A DNA stretch of 64,000 nucleotides from Obrimoposthia wandeli (GCA_977020255.1 CDROCS010006015.1:1-64000), one strand, 5' to 3'. Shown: positions 1 through 8,517, counted from the first letter of the stretch. Translations and numbers: made by a program. The notes: a model not told the origin generated them from the letters alone.

Positions 1-112
1 GTGGGGAGGAGGAGTATTTTTCCCGTGTCGTTTGTTTTATTTTCTTGAGCGTTTTAAATCATCAATGTAACTCGCTTACAGAATCTACGCGCACGTGCAG
101 CACCGCACCTAA

Positions 113-128
113 CTGTATAAAAACACAG
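113..128. promoter_or_regulatory. LexA (SOS) box upstream of ogr
   Basis: CTGTATAAAAACACAG = CTGT-N8-ACAG, 10 bp before a TATAAT (139-144). Conserved at 34698-34713. Confidence 0.8.
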
Positions 129-165
129 CGCTTTAATATATAATAGATGGGTCGTCAGTGAGTTA

Positions 166-429
166 ATGGATATGTTTATGCGAGTGCCTTGCCCGGAGTG
201 TGGAGTTAAAAGCCGCATTCAAAAAACAAACAGAATTTCTAATAGTTATACCGATTTATACTGCAGTTGCAGTGACCCTGAATGTGGCCATTCTTTTGTA
301 ATGAATCTTAGTTTCAGTCATACGTTGAGCCCATCAGCTAAAACGACTTCTCAAATTGCTATGGAGCTAATGAGAACGCTAGCGCCCGAACAACGCCAAG
401 AGTTACAGCTGCAGATGTCTTATCTGTAG
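166..429 (+). CDS. ogr: Ogr/Delta-family zinc-finger late transcription activator (start may be 178)
   Basis: CPECG...LYCSCSDPECGHSF C4 motif typical of Ogr/Delta. Confidence 0.9.
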   Translation: MDMFMRVPCPECGVKSRIQKTNRISNSYTDLYCSCSDPECGHSFVMNLSFSHTLSPSAKTTSQIAMELMRTLAPEQRQELQLQMSYL

Positions 430-434
430 GCAAC

Positions 435-465
435 AAAAAGCCCTCAACATTGAGGGCTTTGTTTA
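435..465 (+). terminator. Intrinsic terminator after ogr
   Basis: AAAGCCCTCA-acat-TGAGGGCTTT hairpin with A/T tails. Confidence 0.8.
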
Positions 466-494
466 CCCCATAATGCAAACAACTACACTTCTTA

Positions 495-510
495 CTGTAT
501 AAAATACCAA
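495..510. promoter_or_regulatory. Imperfect LexA-like box
   Basis: CTGTATAAAATACCAA: left half perfect, right half CCAA instead of ACAG. Confidence 0.3.
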
Positions 511-569
511 TTGTTTCATGATCACATTTGAGATAATGTGAGTATATATAATATTTTTATTGTCCTATA

Positions 570-598
570 TTTACTATATATATGTTAGCGAGTATAAT
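570..598 (+). promoter_or_regulatory. Sigma70-type promoter of the two-gene moron
   Basis: TTTACT-17bp-TATAAT. Confidence 0.6.
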
Positions 599-647
599 TC
601 GCGGCACATTTTTCATGACAATACGACGCACTGCTAGGAAGGTATAT

Positions 648-833
648 ATGTCTTTTTTCAATCGTAAAAATTCACCTGAAGATGATACTGAACGCCTTCT
701 AAAAATAATGGCGAAGAATCGTGATCGCGTAACTATCAGTGATAGTGGCGTAATTCGCGTCAATCTAAATAACGCGGACGTTAAAAGAAAAATCCGTGAA
801 CAATTCGATAAGTTAAAAGCACTAGAGGTTTAA
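648..833 (+). CDS. Small basic accessory protein, 61 aa (ORF track start 582; RBS favours 648)
   Basis: AGGAAGG RBS at 636-642 before the ATG at 648. Stop is 2 bp before the next gene. Confidence 0.7.
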   Translation: MSFFNRKNSPEDDTERLLKIMAKNRDRVTISDSGVIRVNLNNADVKRKIREQFDKLKALEV

Positions 834-835
834 TA

Positions 836-1654
836 GTGCTAGTCATTGTCGCGGTCATTTTAATTGCAGGTTACCTTTTTTCGTCTCAACACCTTACATC
901 TAGTTATCAGCTTAATCGTACCTCTGGTTGGCACTCTTACTTTTATGTTGCTGCAAAGGGGGTTTGGTTTAGTATTATCAGCCTCATTGCATGTCTTTTC
1001 GTTGATTATAAAAACTATACTTCTGAATTCTTAATTTACATCGATCTCCACCTCACAGATATCGATAATATGTTTATATCCCTTAAAAACATAAAAATAG
1101 GTGCGTGGGGACTGCTAACAATGGGTCTTGCGTTTATTTCTGGCAAAATATCTAAATTCTATTACTCCAAATTTGAATCAAAAAAAGATGCTAAACTGCT
1201 TAAATTAGTCAGTGATAACAATTTAGAATTTTTCATATTTGAAGCAACATTCCGCCAGTTCCCTATCGTTTTAACTCTTAGTTCGCGTAAAACATACGTT
1301 GGTTTATGCATGGGGGATGAACTAGCTAATGGCGAAATTGAACATATTGCTATTATCCCATTATTAAGCGGCTATAGAGATAAAGATGACTTATCGTTAA
1401 ACGTAACAACCAATTACCAAACTCATTTTGAGGATGAGAAGATCGATGAGGAAGGTTACGGGGGTGAGCTAACAATTAATGATTTTAGATTTATAATTCC
1501 TAAAGAAAACGTCGAATCATTTTCTTTCTTTGATCTTGACACTTTCATAAAATTTAAAAAAATAGAAAAAGAAAAAAAACTCAAGATGCTAAATAACAAT
1601 GCTTACCCCAACTACAGCGTTGAAAATTTCAATGGGAAGCCTCCTGTACTTTAA
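836..1654 (+). CDS. Accessory membrane protein with about 3 TM segments plus a C-terminal soluble domain; function unknown
   Basis: Hydrophobic N-terminal segments; C-terminal RKTYVG...IIPLLSGYRDKD motif; AT-rich; oriented opposite to the early operon. Confidence 0.8.
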   Translation: MLVIVAVILIAGYLFSSQHLTSSYQLNRTSGWHSYFYVAAKGVWFSIISLIACLFVDYKNYTSEFLIYIDLHLTDIDNMFISLKNIKIGAWGLLTMGLAFISGKISKFYYSKFESKKDAKLLKLVSDNNLEFFIFEATFRQFPIVLTLSSRKTYVGLCMGDELANGEIEHIAIIPLLSGYRDKDDLSLNVTTNYQTHFEDEKIDEEGYGGELTINDFRFIIPKENVESFSFFDLDTFIKFKKIEKEKKLKMLNNNAYPNYSVENFNGKPPVL

Positions 1655-1666
1655 CGCTTCAATCTT

Positions 1667-1701
1667 TTTTATCAGGTCACCAAATTGATGACCTGATAAA
1701 A
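1667..1701. terminator. Bidirectional terminator between the moron and the early operon
   Basis: TTTTATCAGGTCA...TGACCTGATAAAA inverted repeat between convergent genes. Confidence 0.8.
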
Positions 1702-1708
1702 GCCATAT

Positions 1709-2050
1709 TTAATTCTTATTACAAACAAGTAAGTCACCACAACAAAGAGCATAATGATCACTTGATAACTCAGCCAAGATCACCGATTTTTGCCCAACAG
1801 AGTATTCACTTAAATCTTTCTCGAAAACGCCAACTTCAGAATTTTCAACACCAATCTTGATTTCATCCACTACGGCACTAATCGTAAACATATCGAATAC
1901 GGCCATGCATATCGTATCCATTCTTTTCTGCAGTTCTCTTACAATATCGTCTGCCGTTTCTGGTTCGCCTGGGTTACCAAAACCTGAAAAGAAATCGCCA
2001 AATTCTGAATCTACTAAGTTTTTAATTTTCTGTAACATCTTCAACTCCAT
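1709..2050 (-). CDS. Phage hypothetical protein (distal early operon)
   Basis: 113-aa ORF co-oriented with rep and overlapping the upstream ORF. Confidence 0.7.
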   Translation of the reverse strand: MELKMLQKIKNLVDSEFGDFFSGFGNPGEPETADDIVRELQKRMDTICMAVFDMFTISAVVDEIKIGVENSEVGVFEKDLSEYSVGQKSVILAELSSDHYALCCGDLLVCNKN

Positions 2051-2210
2051 TATTAGCTAGGCTATGGCATTTTCTTTTGCCTACAAACTCCCGAAAAGAT
2101 TCGTTTCGTCTACGGTCTATAAAAGCTACAGCAGCTATTACAGAAACAAACAATACTGTGACAAAAATTAGTGCCGACAGAATCCATACATCAACGTGTT
2201 CACATACCAT
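2022..2210 (-). CDS. Small single-TM phage protein
   Basis: Hydrophobic VWILSALIFVTVLFVSVIAAVAFI followed by a basic tail; identical in copy B. Confidence 0.65.
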   Translation of the reverse strand: MVCEHVDVWILSALIFVTVLFVSVIAAVAFIDRRRNESFREFVGKRKCHSLANNGVEDVTEN

Positions 2211-2220
2211 AAGTCACCTA

Positions 2221-2376
2221 TTATTTAAGCAGACGATCTAAGTCTACTAAATTAAATATTTCCCAAGCCTCTTGGAGATATACATCAACGTATCTCCCGA
2301 GCTCACCTTGTTCGAAGCAATACCCCTTCTTCTTTGCTGCATTTTCAAAGGCTGCTCTCCTCTCTTCATAATTCAT
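2221..2376 (-). CDS. 51-aa phage protein not in the ORF track (MNYEERRAAFENAAKKKGYCFEQ...)
   Basis: Open frame translated by hand; GAGGG RBS; fills the gap in the early operon. Confidence 0.6.
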   Translation of the reverse strand: MNYEERRAAFENAAKKKGYCFEQGELGRYVDVYLQEAWEIFNLVDLDRLLK

Positions 2377-2538
2377 CGAAACGCCCTCATTTGGCCAACA
2401 TCGATAATATTAACTATGCTGCATGTGTATATCTCTAACCCCAATCCTACGATTCCCAACCTGGTATGAAATTGGACTTATCTTTAATTTCAGTTTCAGG
2501 ACTGTTCAACTCCATTATTTATTAAGCTGTAATTCGCA

Positions 2539-2718
2539 TTATGCGTTTGAATTAAAACGGTGCTTACTAAGCTCTAGCGTTAATCGAATAAGTGATTTAA
2601 TCACCTCTTCATTATCAGCGTGTTGAGATACGTAAATAAGCATTTCACCATTTTTCTGGAATTTACAAGATAACGCTTGGCCCTCACGTTCCGCTACTGA
2701 CTTTAATTCTTTATGCAT
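2539..2718 (-). CDS. 59-aa phage protein coupled to the rep stop
   Basis: ATGCATAA start/stop overlap with rep; conserved in copy B. Confidence 0.6.
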   Translation of the reverse strand: MHKELKSVAEREGQALSCKFQKNGEMLIYVSQHADNEEVIKSLIRLTLELSKHRFNSNA

Positions 2719-4825
2719 AACTTTCCCCGTTAATTTTAAAACTGCAGACACCACAGAAAAATAAATCTGACTTACCGTAAAAATCACTTTCACTACCGCA
2801 CTCATTGCAATGCTGTTTAGCTAAATCATCGTTCTTATCCAATACTTCAACTGGTTCTTCAAAATATGAACCCGCATATATCTGTTTGGGTGACAGGTTA
2901 CTGGTACCAATATCTGGAACACAGGTGCTTTCCGATGGAATAGCACCTCGCGTACAGTTATTGACACTAGTCCAAGGAAAACGGCTCCCGCCGCTTTCAG
3001 CAAGACCCAAAGACTTAAAAACCAAGAAACCCAAAGACCCTAAAATACGGGTAACCTTGTTACTTTTCTTGGTCTTAATGGCAACCTGTCGGGCGAATGC
3101 GCGAACAATATTAGTAACGTTGTCCTTTGCTTCCACGTCTTTTTTAACTAGCGTCCACTGCTTTTCACGGGTTAATACCGTTAAGCCAGAACCTTCTAGA
3201 CCTGCAGTTTTCTTCACTAATTCTTGGTAGTGATTTTCTGATAATTCGTAATAAAGCTTAACCGGACGATTACGCTGTTTTAGTCGATGCCCACCCATCC
3301 AATTGAAATAAGATGCAAAGCAACCCACATCTGCAGCAATGCGGATCTTTTCAAATAGACAGAATTCTTGCGTGGTTTTGATGCGGCGAAGTTCGCGCCA
3401 AACCGTAACGGATGGCGTTTTTTGAAATTGAAATTGGCGAAAACGGTATGTACGAGACCATGCCGTAACATTGGTCACGCTCTCGGTTAGGTCGACAAGT
3501 TCTGAATCTAAATCTTTTTTGCCATCGAGCTTATGTGCATCAATATTTTTAGAGATGTATTTAGCGATATAAGACACCGCATCACCTTTGCTACGATCAA
3601 CAAGTTCAACTTTGATACGTGCTTTCATTGCTCCTAGCTTCGGCAATCCTTCATCGGTAACTAGCTCATCACCGTCACGTTGATGTTGGTAATGCGTTAA
3701 TCGCTCAGTGAATTCTTCAACCTGTTTTTCAGGCACAAAAAAAACAGCATGCCAATGAGGAGTGCCGTCTACGTGCGGTTCAACCACACGCATACCGTAA
3801 TAGGTTAGATTGCGTCGATCAGCAGAAGAACGAAAACGTTCCCATGAAGTAGATAACCACTCATGCGCCGCTACTGGATAAGCGCCGTTCCAGTTTTCAT
3901 TCTCAATAAAGAATTTACCGCGTTTTTTCAATCGGTGATAACGACCAGGTGCAGTCATGGTAATGAACAACGCAATGTGTCCATTTTCATCTGCGTACTC
4001 CTGGCAACCGCGAACACGCGCCATTAACTCATTCCTGCGGTTTGCAGGGTTAGACACGGATGCTTCATGCACTGTTTTTAAATCGAGCACTTCACCATCA
4101 TCACTTTCGATAGCCATGCTTTCCATCCAATCCAGCTGTTTTACCTGGCGGTCTTTTAGCCATTGGCAAGCAGCAAACGAGGCGTAAGGGCTAGAATGTG
4201 GCGATACCATCCCAGCAGCACGACGAGCAGATTCAAAGGCAATAGTCACCTTTTGAGTGATAGCATTAAGCCAAACAGCATCATCACAAGCACGAGCAAT
4301 TAGTCCAAAATAAATATCATCATCACAGCTACCTCTTGGCAAAAAATTCGGCATCCATAATGACAGTCCTGTGAACTCGTTAATTTCTTCTAACGCGCCC
4401 AGTGGCGATTTACCTGCTTTTTTTGCAAGTTCTAAATGCAAACGAGCGCGCCCTACTAATTCATCAGCAAGACGGACTCGTTTATATTTAGTATCTATGG
4501 CATACCAAGGCTCAGGCACCAAGCCCAAGCTAGCCATTACATGACCACTACGATCTTCAATGTATTTAACGGTGCGTTTCAAGCCATATTGCTTTAACTT
4601 TCTCGCACCTGTTTTATCCAGGTAGTTTTTAATATCGTAAGGAACGTTAAGTTTAGACACGACCGAACGCGCGAACGCAAAGGCGCGATCACGAGCTGGT
4701 TCGGTATTGTATTTATTTGCGTTGTTATCAACGAAACTCGCTAATTCACAACGCAGGTTATACGGTAGTTTTTTAAGCGGATTTTTGCTGTCTTTAATCG
4801 GGGCAAACATCGAAGTCCTCACCAT
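2711..4825 (-). CDS. P2 gpA-type rolling-circle replication endonuclease
   Basis: FITMTAP, HVDGTPHWH (HUH), YIAKYISKN catalytic tyrosines and WSRTYRFRQFQF motifs. Confidence 0.95.
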   Translation of the reverse strand: MVRTSMFAPIKDSKNPLKKLPYNLRCELASFVDNNANKYNTEPARDRAFAFARSVVSKLNVPYDIKNYLDKTGARKLKQYGLKRTVKYIEDRSGHVMASLGLVPEPWYAIDTKYKRVRLADELVGRARLHLELAKKAGKSPLGALEEINEFTGLSLWMPNFLPRGSCDDDIYFGLIARACDDAVWLNAITQKVTIAFESARRAAGMVSPHSSPYASFAACQWLKDRQVKQLDWMESMAIESDDGEVLDLKTVHEASVSNPANRRNELMARVRGCQEYADENGHIALFITMTAPGRYHRLKKRGKFFIENENWNGAYPVAAHEWLSTSWERFRSSADRRNLTYYGMRVVEPHVDGTPHWHAVFFVPEKQVEEFTERLTHYQHQRDGDELVTDEGLPKLGAMKARIKVELVDRSKGDAVSYIAKYISKNIDAHKLDGKKDLDSELVDLTESVTNVTAWSRTYRFRQFQFQKTPSVTVWRELRRIKTTQEFCLFEKIRIAADVGCFASYFNWMGGHRLKQRNRPVKLYYELSENHYQELVKKTAGLEGSGLTVLTREKQWTLVKKDVEAKDNVTNIVRAFARQVAIKTKKSNKVTRILGSLGFLVFKSLGLAESGGSRFPWTSVNNCTRGAIPSESTCVPDIGTSNLSPKQIYAGSYFEEPVEVLDKNDDLAKQHCNECGSESDFYGKSDLFFCGVCSFKINGESYA
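2952..2979 (-). other. Candidate replication origin (nick site) inside rep
   Basis: CCTTGGACTAGTGTCAATAACTGTAC at the position encoding WTSVNNCT, where P2-type ori lies. Identical in copy B (37535-37562) within diverged flanks. Confidence 0.55.
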
Positions 4826-5003
4826 ATTGAGCTCTGAACTCTTTGACCGTCATTGTTTTAAGCTGACCCGCTTTAACTTTGATACGCTGCATATAATTAC
4901 GTTTCTTATAGTTTTTACGTTCACTGATCACTTCTAGGCTAGCGCGTAACTTTTTGACATTAGCCAAGCCACGACGTCTTTCTTCAATGGTTAATTTATT
5001 CAT
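4794..5003 (-). CDS. Small basic phage protein overlapping the rep start
   Basis: 69-aa ORF in the early operon. Confidence 0.65.
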   Translation of the reverse strand: MNKLTIEERRRGLANVKKLRASLEVISERKNYKKRNYMQRIKVKAGQLKTMTVKEFRAQYGEDFDVCPD

Positions 5004-5017
5004 AATTTAAATCACCC

Positions 5018-5671
5018 TTAGAACGGTATATCTGGATCAAATGGAAGTAGAGCTTTAGCTGCCACCATGTCTTTATAGCTATCAGTAGCACGTCGTGCTA
5101 ATTCATATCGGCGGAACTGAGAGGGGCGGGTAATCCGTCGTGAATAAAAAATATAATAAACACATGCCTTCATTTTGGGAGTGTGCATATGACGTAAATT
5201 GTCACGCGGATTATCAAAATGAGAAAGCCATTCTGAAAGATGAATATTTTCAAGTAATCTAGCAAGACGTAGAGAACGGTAAAAAAACGCCCATGATTCC
5301 CGTGGTGATATTGCATATTTAGATCTATACATACAGTCCATATGTGCTGCATATATAGCTTTTACCTCTGGTTCAGCTCTTATAGCTTTGGTGTCGCCAT
5401 AAAACTCCATATCTTCAAATTTAAAGAGATAACGACTATTCTTACCATCAAACCCAAAGCAGCTAACAAAATCTTCTAAAAGACATTTAAAATCATTTTC
5501 TGGAATATATTCATAGTGGTTAGCAGCTAGCTTTCGAACTGCTTCGTGCAAATATTCAGTAAGTTCTTCACATGGGTAACCATCAATAATTGAACCTGCA
5601 AACTGATCAAAAATACCAATCATTTCTTGTTCGTTAATTTCATGCCTAACAATCATCGTTAATTTATTCAT
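5018..5671 (-). CDS. Early phage protein ending in an SSB-like acidic tip (PFDPDIPF)
   Basis: 217-aa ORF coupled to its neighbours; C-terminus resembles the DDDIPF tip of SSB. Confidence 0.75.
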   Translation of the reverse strand: MNKLTMIVRHEINEQEMIGIFDQFAGSIIDGYPCEELTEYLHEAVRKLAANHYEYIPENDFKCLLEDFVSCFGFDGKNSRYLFKFEDMEFYGDTKAIRAEPEVKAIYAAHMDCMYRSKYAISPRESWAFFYRSLRLARLLENIHLSEWLSHFDNPRDNLRHMHTPKMKACVYYIFYSRRITRPSQFRRYELARRATDSYKDMVAAKALLPFDPDIPF

Positions 5672-5895
5672 ACCTCTGCGAACTCCTGTATATCTAATAC
5701 GATGTAACCACCCGCATTTTTAAGACTACGAAGTACGCCGCGGTAAAGTTGGCGGCAACCCAATAGATGACACGCATTTTCAACTGCATCGGCTTTACTG
5801 TCGTGATCACCGATTTCAACAGTTTGAGGCTCGTTGGTTTTAGGTTCACGAATTGTGCCGCCACTTGGACAAATCTTTATTGCTACAAATTTCAT
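5668..5895 (-). CDS. Phage hypothetical protein
   Basis: ATGA-type overlaps with both neighbours. Confidence 0.75.
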   Translation of the reverse strand: MKFVAIKICPSGGTIREPKTNEPQTVEIGDHDSKADAVENACHLLGCRQLYRGVLRSLKNAGGYIVLDIQEFAEV

Positions 5896-6209
5896 GCTGC
5901 CACCGCTGTTGAAACTTGCGTTGCCATTAATGCTAATATTTTACTTTTGGCATTAAGCACAGCCTCTAGCGGTGTCTTTTTGTTGTCATCAAGTAAGGAT
6001 GCCTTGCCATCTAACCTAATGTATTTACTGAAAAGCACAGCGTCACTTAAGCCTTGTGTCGTCATCCGTCCAACATTAATATTTGAACGAAGAACATGTA
6101 TAAATATTGAATCGCCAAGGCCGTGATACTCAACTGTGATATCAATTGCATCTGGTCTAGACATTGCAATAAACATAATTTCATTAATAACGCTTTGAAC
6201 TGTATTCAT
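5892..6209 (-). CDS. Phage hypothetical protein
   Basis: Coupled ORF; homolog at 40481-40798 with conservative changes. Confidence 0.75.
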   Translation of the reverse strand: MNTVQSVINEIMFIAMSRPDAIDITVEYHGLGDSIFIHVLRSNINVGRMTTQGLSDAVLFSKYIRLDGKASLLDDNKKTPLEAVLNAKSKILALMATQVSTAVAA

Positions 6210-6475
6210 AATATTTCCTTAGTTAATTCTTCAGACCAAAATTCTTCAAGGTCATTGTTATCAAAAAAACGAACACCTATAAGTGGTTCTTTAGGATAAG
6301 ATTGACCGCAACCACCGTCATATTCGTAATACAAAACTTTTCCTTTACGACCTATATGTTCTTCAGGCATATCATCTTGAACACCAACGACTAACACGAT
6401 GTTATGAATTGCGAACGGCGCTCCATCTATGTTTCTACGTTGCGGTTTTGCACCTAATACCTGTTCTAATGTCAT
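6206..6475 (-). CDS. Phage hypothetical protein
   Basis: Coupled ORF with GGAGG RBS; homolog in copy B. Confidence 0.75.
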   Translation of the reverse strand: MTLEQVLGAKPQRRNIDGAPFAIHNIVLVVGVQDDMPEEHIGRKGKVLYYEYDGGCGQSYPKEPLIGVRFFDNNDLEEFWSEELTKEIL

Positions 6476-6484
6476 TAAACCTCC

Positions 6485-7003
6485 TTACATGCCTGGCATT
6501 GGTATGCCGCTAAGTACCGTATCGGCGAACATAGAAACGAACGGCCCTACACCACCACAACGGTTTTCAACGTCAGATATAAGAAAGACCAATTCACGGA
6601 TTGTTGACTGTGCCTTGGTAACAATTGCGTCTTTTTTATATAGCGTCAGTCTGCTATCAGATTCGGCCTCTATAACGTGATTACAAATATCACCAGCCTG
6701 CCCCGCAACACTCATCGCACTAATTGCTAATGGTTTAGCTCCTGCCGCCTTTGGTAGGCGAACAGCAACGAGCCCAATTTCTAAAATTGCACTATTGATA
6801 ATGTCGTGATTATCAGTGGCCTTGGTTATCTTGATTAACTCATTAACCGTTAATTGGTGGGGCTGGTTCGGGTTCAACTTATTACGGAGCATCTGACCAC
6901 GTATGCCACAGTCATTTGCAATTGACTCTACGTTTTCAATATTCGCAAAACGGATGCAAGCCGCGTCAATTACGCTTTGTTTGCTATCATTAATTTCAAA
7001 CAT
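6485..7003 (-). CDS. cII: 186/K139-type CII regulatory protein
   Basis: GQMLRNKLNPNQPHQLTV motif; position directly after cox. Confidence 0.85.
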   Translation of the reverse strand: MFEINDSKQSVIDAACIRFANIENVESIANDCGIRGQMLRNKLNPNQPHQLTVNELIKITKATDNHDIINSAILEIGLVAVRLPKAAGAKPLAISAMSVAGQAGDICNHVIEAESDSRLTLYKKDAIVTKAQSTIRELVFLISDVENRCGGVGPFVSMFADTVLSGIPMPGM

Positions 7004-7150
7004 TGAACAAATTTCCCTATTTGAGATGATTGAGTTACGCAGTGACGACCGCGTTTAAAAGGCAACCGATAAGAACCAGCTCAATGGCACTAGGCACAAG
7101 CAAACATAATTCTTGTCGGTATTTGTGAATGAAATTGATGAACGGCATGC

Positions 7151-7351
7151 TTAATGTTCCTGCTCATCTGCTTGTTTAAATAGCGCGACCATGTTGATTA
7201 ACACTGTCGCGTTTTTAGAACGCTTAGGCATGATTGGGATCTCGCCGCGTGCAATAAAGGTATCGATCACACGCACAGACATGCCCGTAATAGTCGAATA
7301 GACCTTTCTTGTTACGTACGGTGAGTCTATTTGTAGAACTGTATTAGCCAT
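7151..7351 (-). CDS. cox: Cox/Apl-like repressor-excisionase, 66 aa (true start MANTVLQ)
   Basis: Winged-HTH-like YVTRKVYSTITGMSVRVIDTFIARGEIPI; divergent from cI; copy B ORF starts at the same Met. Confidence 0.8.
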   Translation of the reverse strand: MANTVLQIDSPYVTRKVYSTITGMSVRVIDTFIARGEIPIMPKRSKNATVLINMVALFKQADEQEH

Positions 7352-7445
7352 GTGATTCCCCTTGATAAATAAATGTTTAATAAAGCCAGTAACGCCAATG
7401 ATTTTGCCTGCCATTACTGATATTCTTATCGGTTGACTAAATGCG

Positions 7446-7530
7446 GTTAAATGCAACCATTTAACTGATATCAGTATTATTGATCACATATCTAAACACG
7501 TCAATGAATATGTTTAGATATCTGATCACA
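7446..7530. promoter_or_regulatory. cI/cox switch operator region
   Basis: Inverted repeats GTTAAATG-N4-CATTTAAC (7446-7465), ACTGATATCAGT (7464-7475) and ATATCTAAACA-N12-TGTTTAGATAT (7488-7521) flanked by TGATCA. Confidence 0.6.
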
Positions 7531-7551
7531 AAATAGATGGGTGATTAGGAT

Positions 7552-8517
7552 ATGAAACAGTTCTCGGAGTGTGAAACACAAGATTTCCCACATAGATTAA
7601 AAGAAATAATTGGTAATGAATCTATAAGGAAATTCTCAGTACGCTGCGGATTGAGTCCAGCGACAATATCAAACTATGTAAATGGTCAGCATGGTCCATC
7701 TTTAGAAAATATTGAGATCATAGCCAGAGTGGCAAATGTTGACATTGCGTGGCTTGCAACCGGAATTACTGCTCAGAATAATGATCACCCTTTAATGTCT
7801 AAAAATACAAATTCACAGAATGTGCACACTGATTTCGGGGAGCGTCTAAAAGAAGTGATAGGCACAACTTCGATTAAATCTTTTTCAACAGAGTCAGGGT
7901 TAGGTACAACAACTCTTCAGAGTTATATGAAAGGAGCTAGTTATCCAACCCTAGATAGATTGAATTTAATTGCTGCAACCGCAAAAGTAGATATAAATTG
8001 GTTGCTCACTGGTGGCGGTGATGTAAATACCGAACACTCTAATGCCTCGAAATACATAAAGATCCCACACTTTGATGTTCAAGCCTCAGCGGGCACAGGT
8101 TCTGAACTGGTCGAAAGCGGCATAAGCAAGAATACAGTGGACATACATCCACAAACCTTATTAGACCAGGGCTTGAATCCTGAAGGCTTATTGTCTATGT
8201 ACGTGAAGGGTGATTCGATGGAACCGTCTTTGTTTGATGGGGATATGATTTTAGTAAAGAAGATGATCAGTCCGTTTAGCATTCTTGAAGGCGTGTATAT
8301 CTTTCGCGTGTTTAACGAGATATTCATTAAGCGTATACAATTCAACAAATACAGTGCGAAGCTAAAAGTTGATAGTGACAATCCCTTTTATGATTCATAC
8401 ACCATTACAGGCAATGACCTTAACGATGTTGAAATTATCGGTGAAGTGATCTGTACTATTTTCAGTAAGGTCAGACGAATAGTTCGACCAACCGATGAGT
8501 CAGTAGCGGTAAATTAG
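7552..8517 (+). CDS. cI: Immunity repressor with two tandem XRE HTH domains and an S24 autopeptidase
   Basis: Two RLKE.IG...GL...T...Y..G...P.L.....IA....VD..WL.TG repeats; ASAG cleavage site; GDSMEP serine; IKR lysine. Confidence 0.9.
   Translation: MKQFSECETQDFPHRLKEIIGNESIRKFSVRCGLSPATISNYVNGQHGPSLENIEIIARVANVDIAWLATGITAQNNDHPLMSKNTNSQNVHTDFGERLKEVIGTTSIKSFSTESGLGTTTLQSYMKGASYPTLDRLNLIAATAKVDINWLLTGGGDVNTEHSNASKYIKIPHFDVQASAGTGSELVESGISKNTVDIHPQTLLDQGLNPEGLLSMYVKGDSMEPSLFDGDMILVKKMISPFSILEGVYIFRVFNEIFIKRIQFNKYSAKLKVDSDNPFYDSYTITGNDLNDVEIIGEVICTIFSKVRRIVRPTDESVAVN

Noticed and set aside
2447-2515. 22-26 codon micro-ORF (MELNSPETEIKD...)
   Set aside because: Too short, and the stop position differs between copies; cannot be supported.
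7151-7456. 101-aa cox from the ORF track
   Set aside because: The upstream extension is not conserved in copy B; the real start is 7351.
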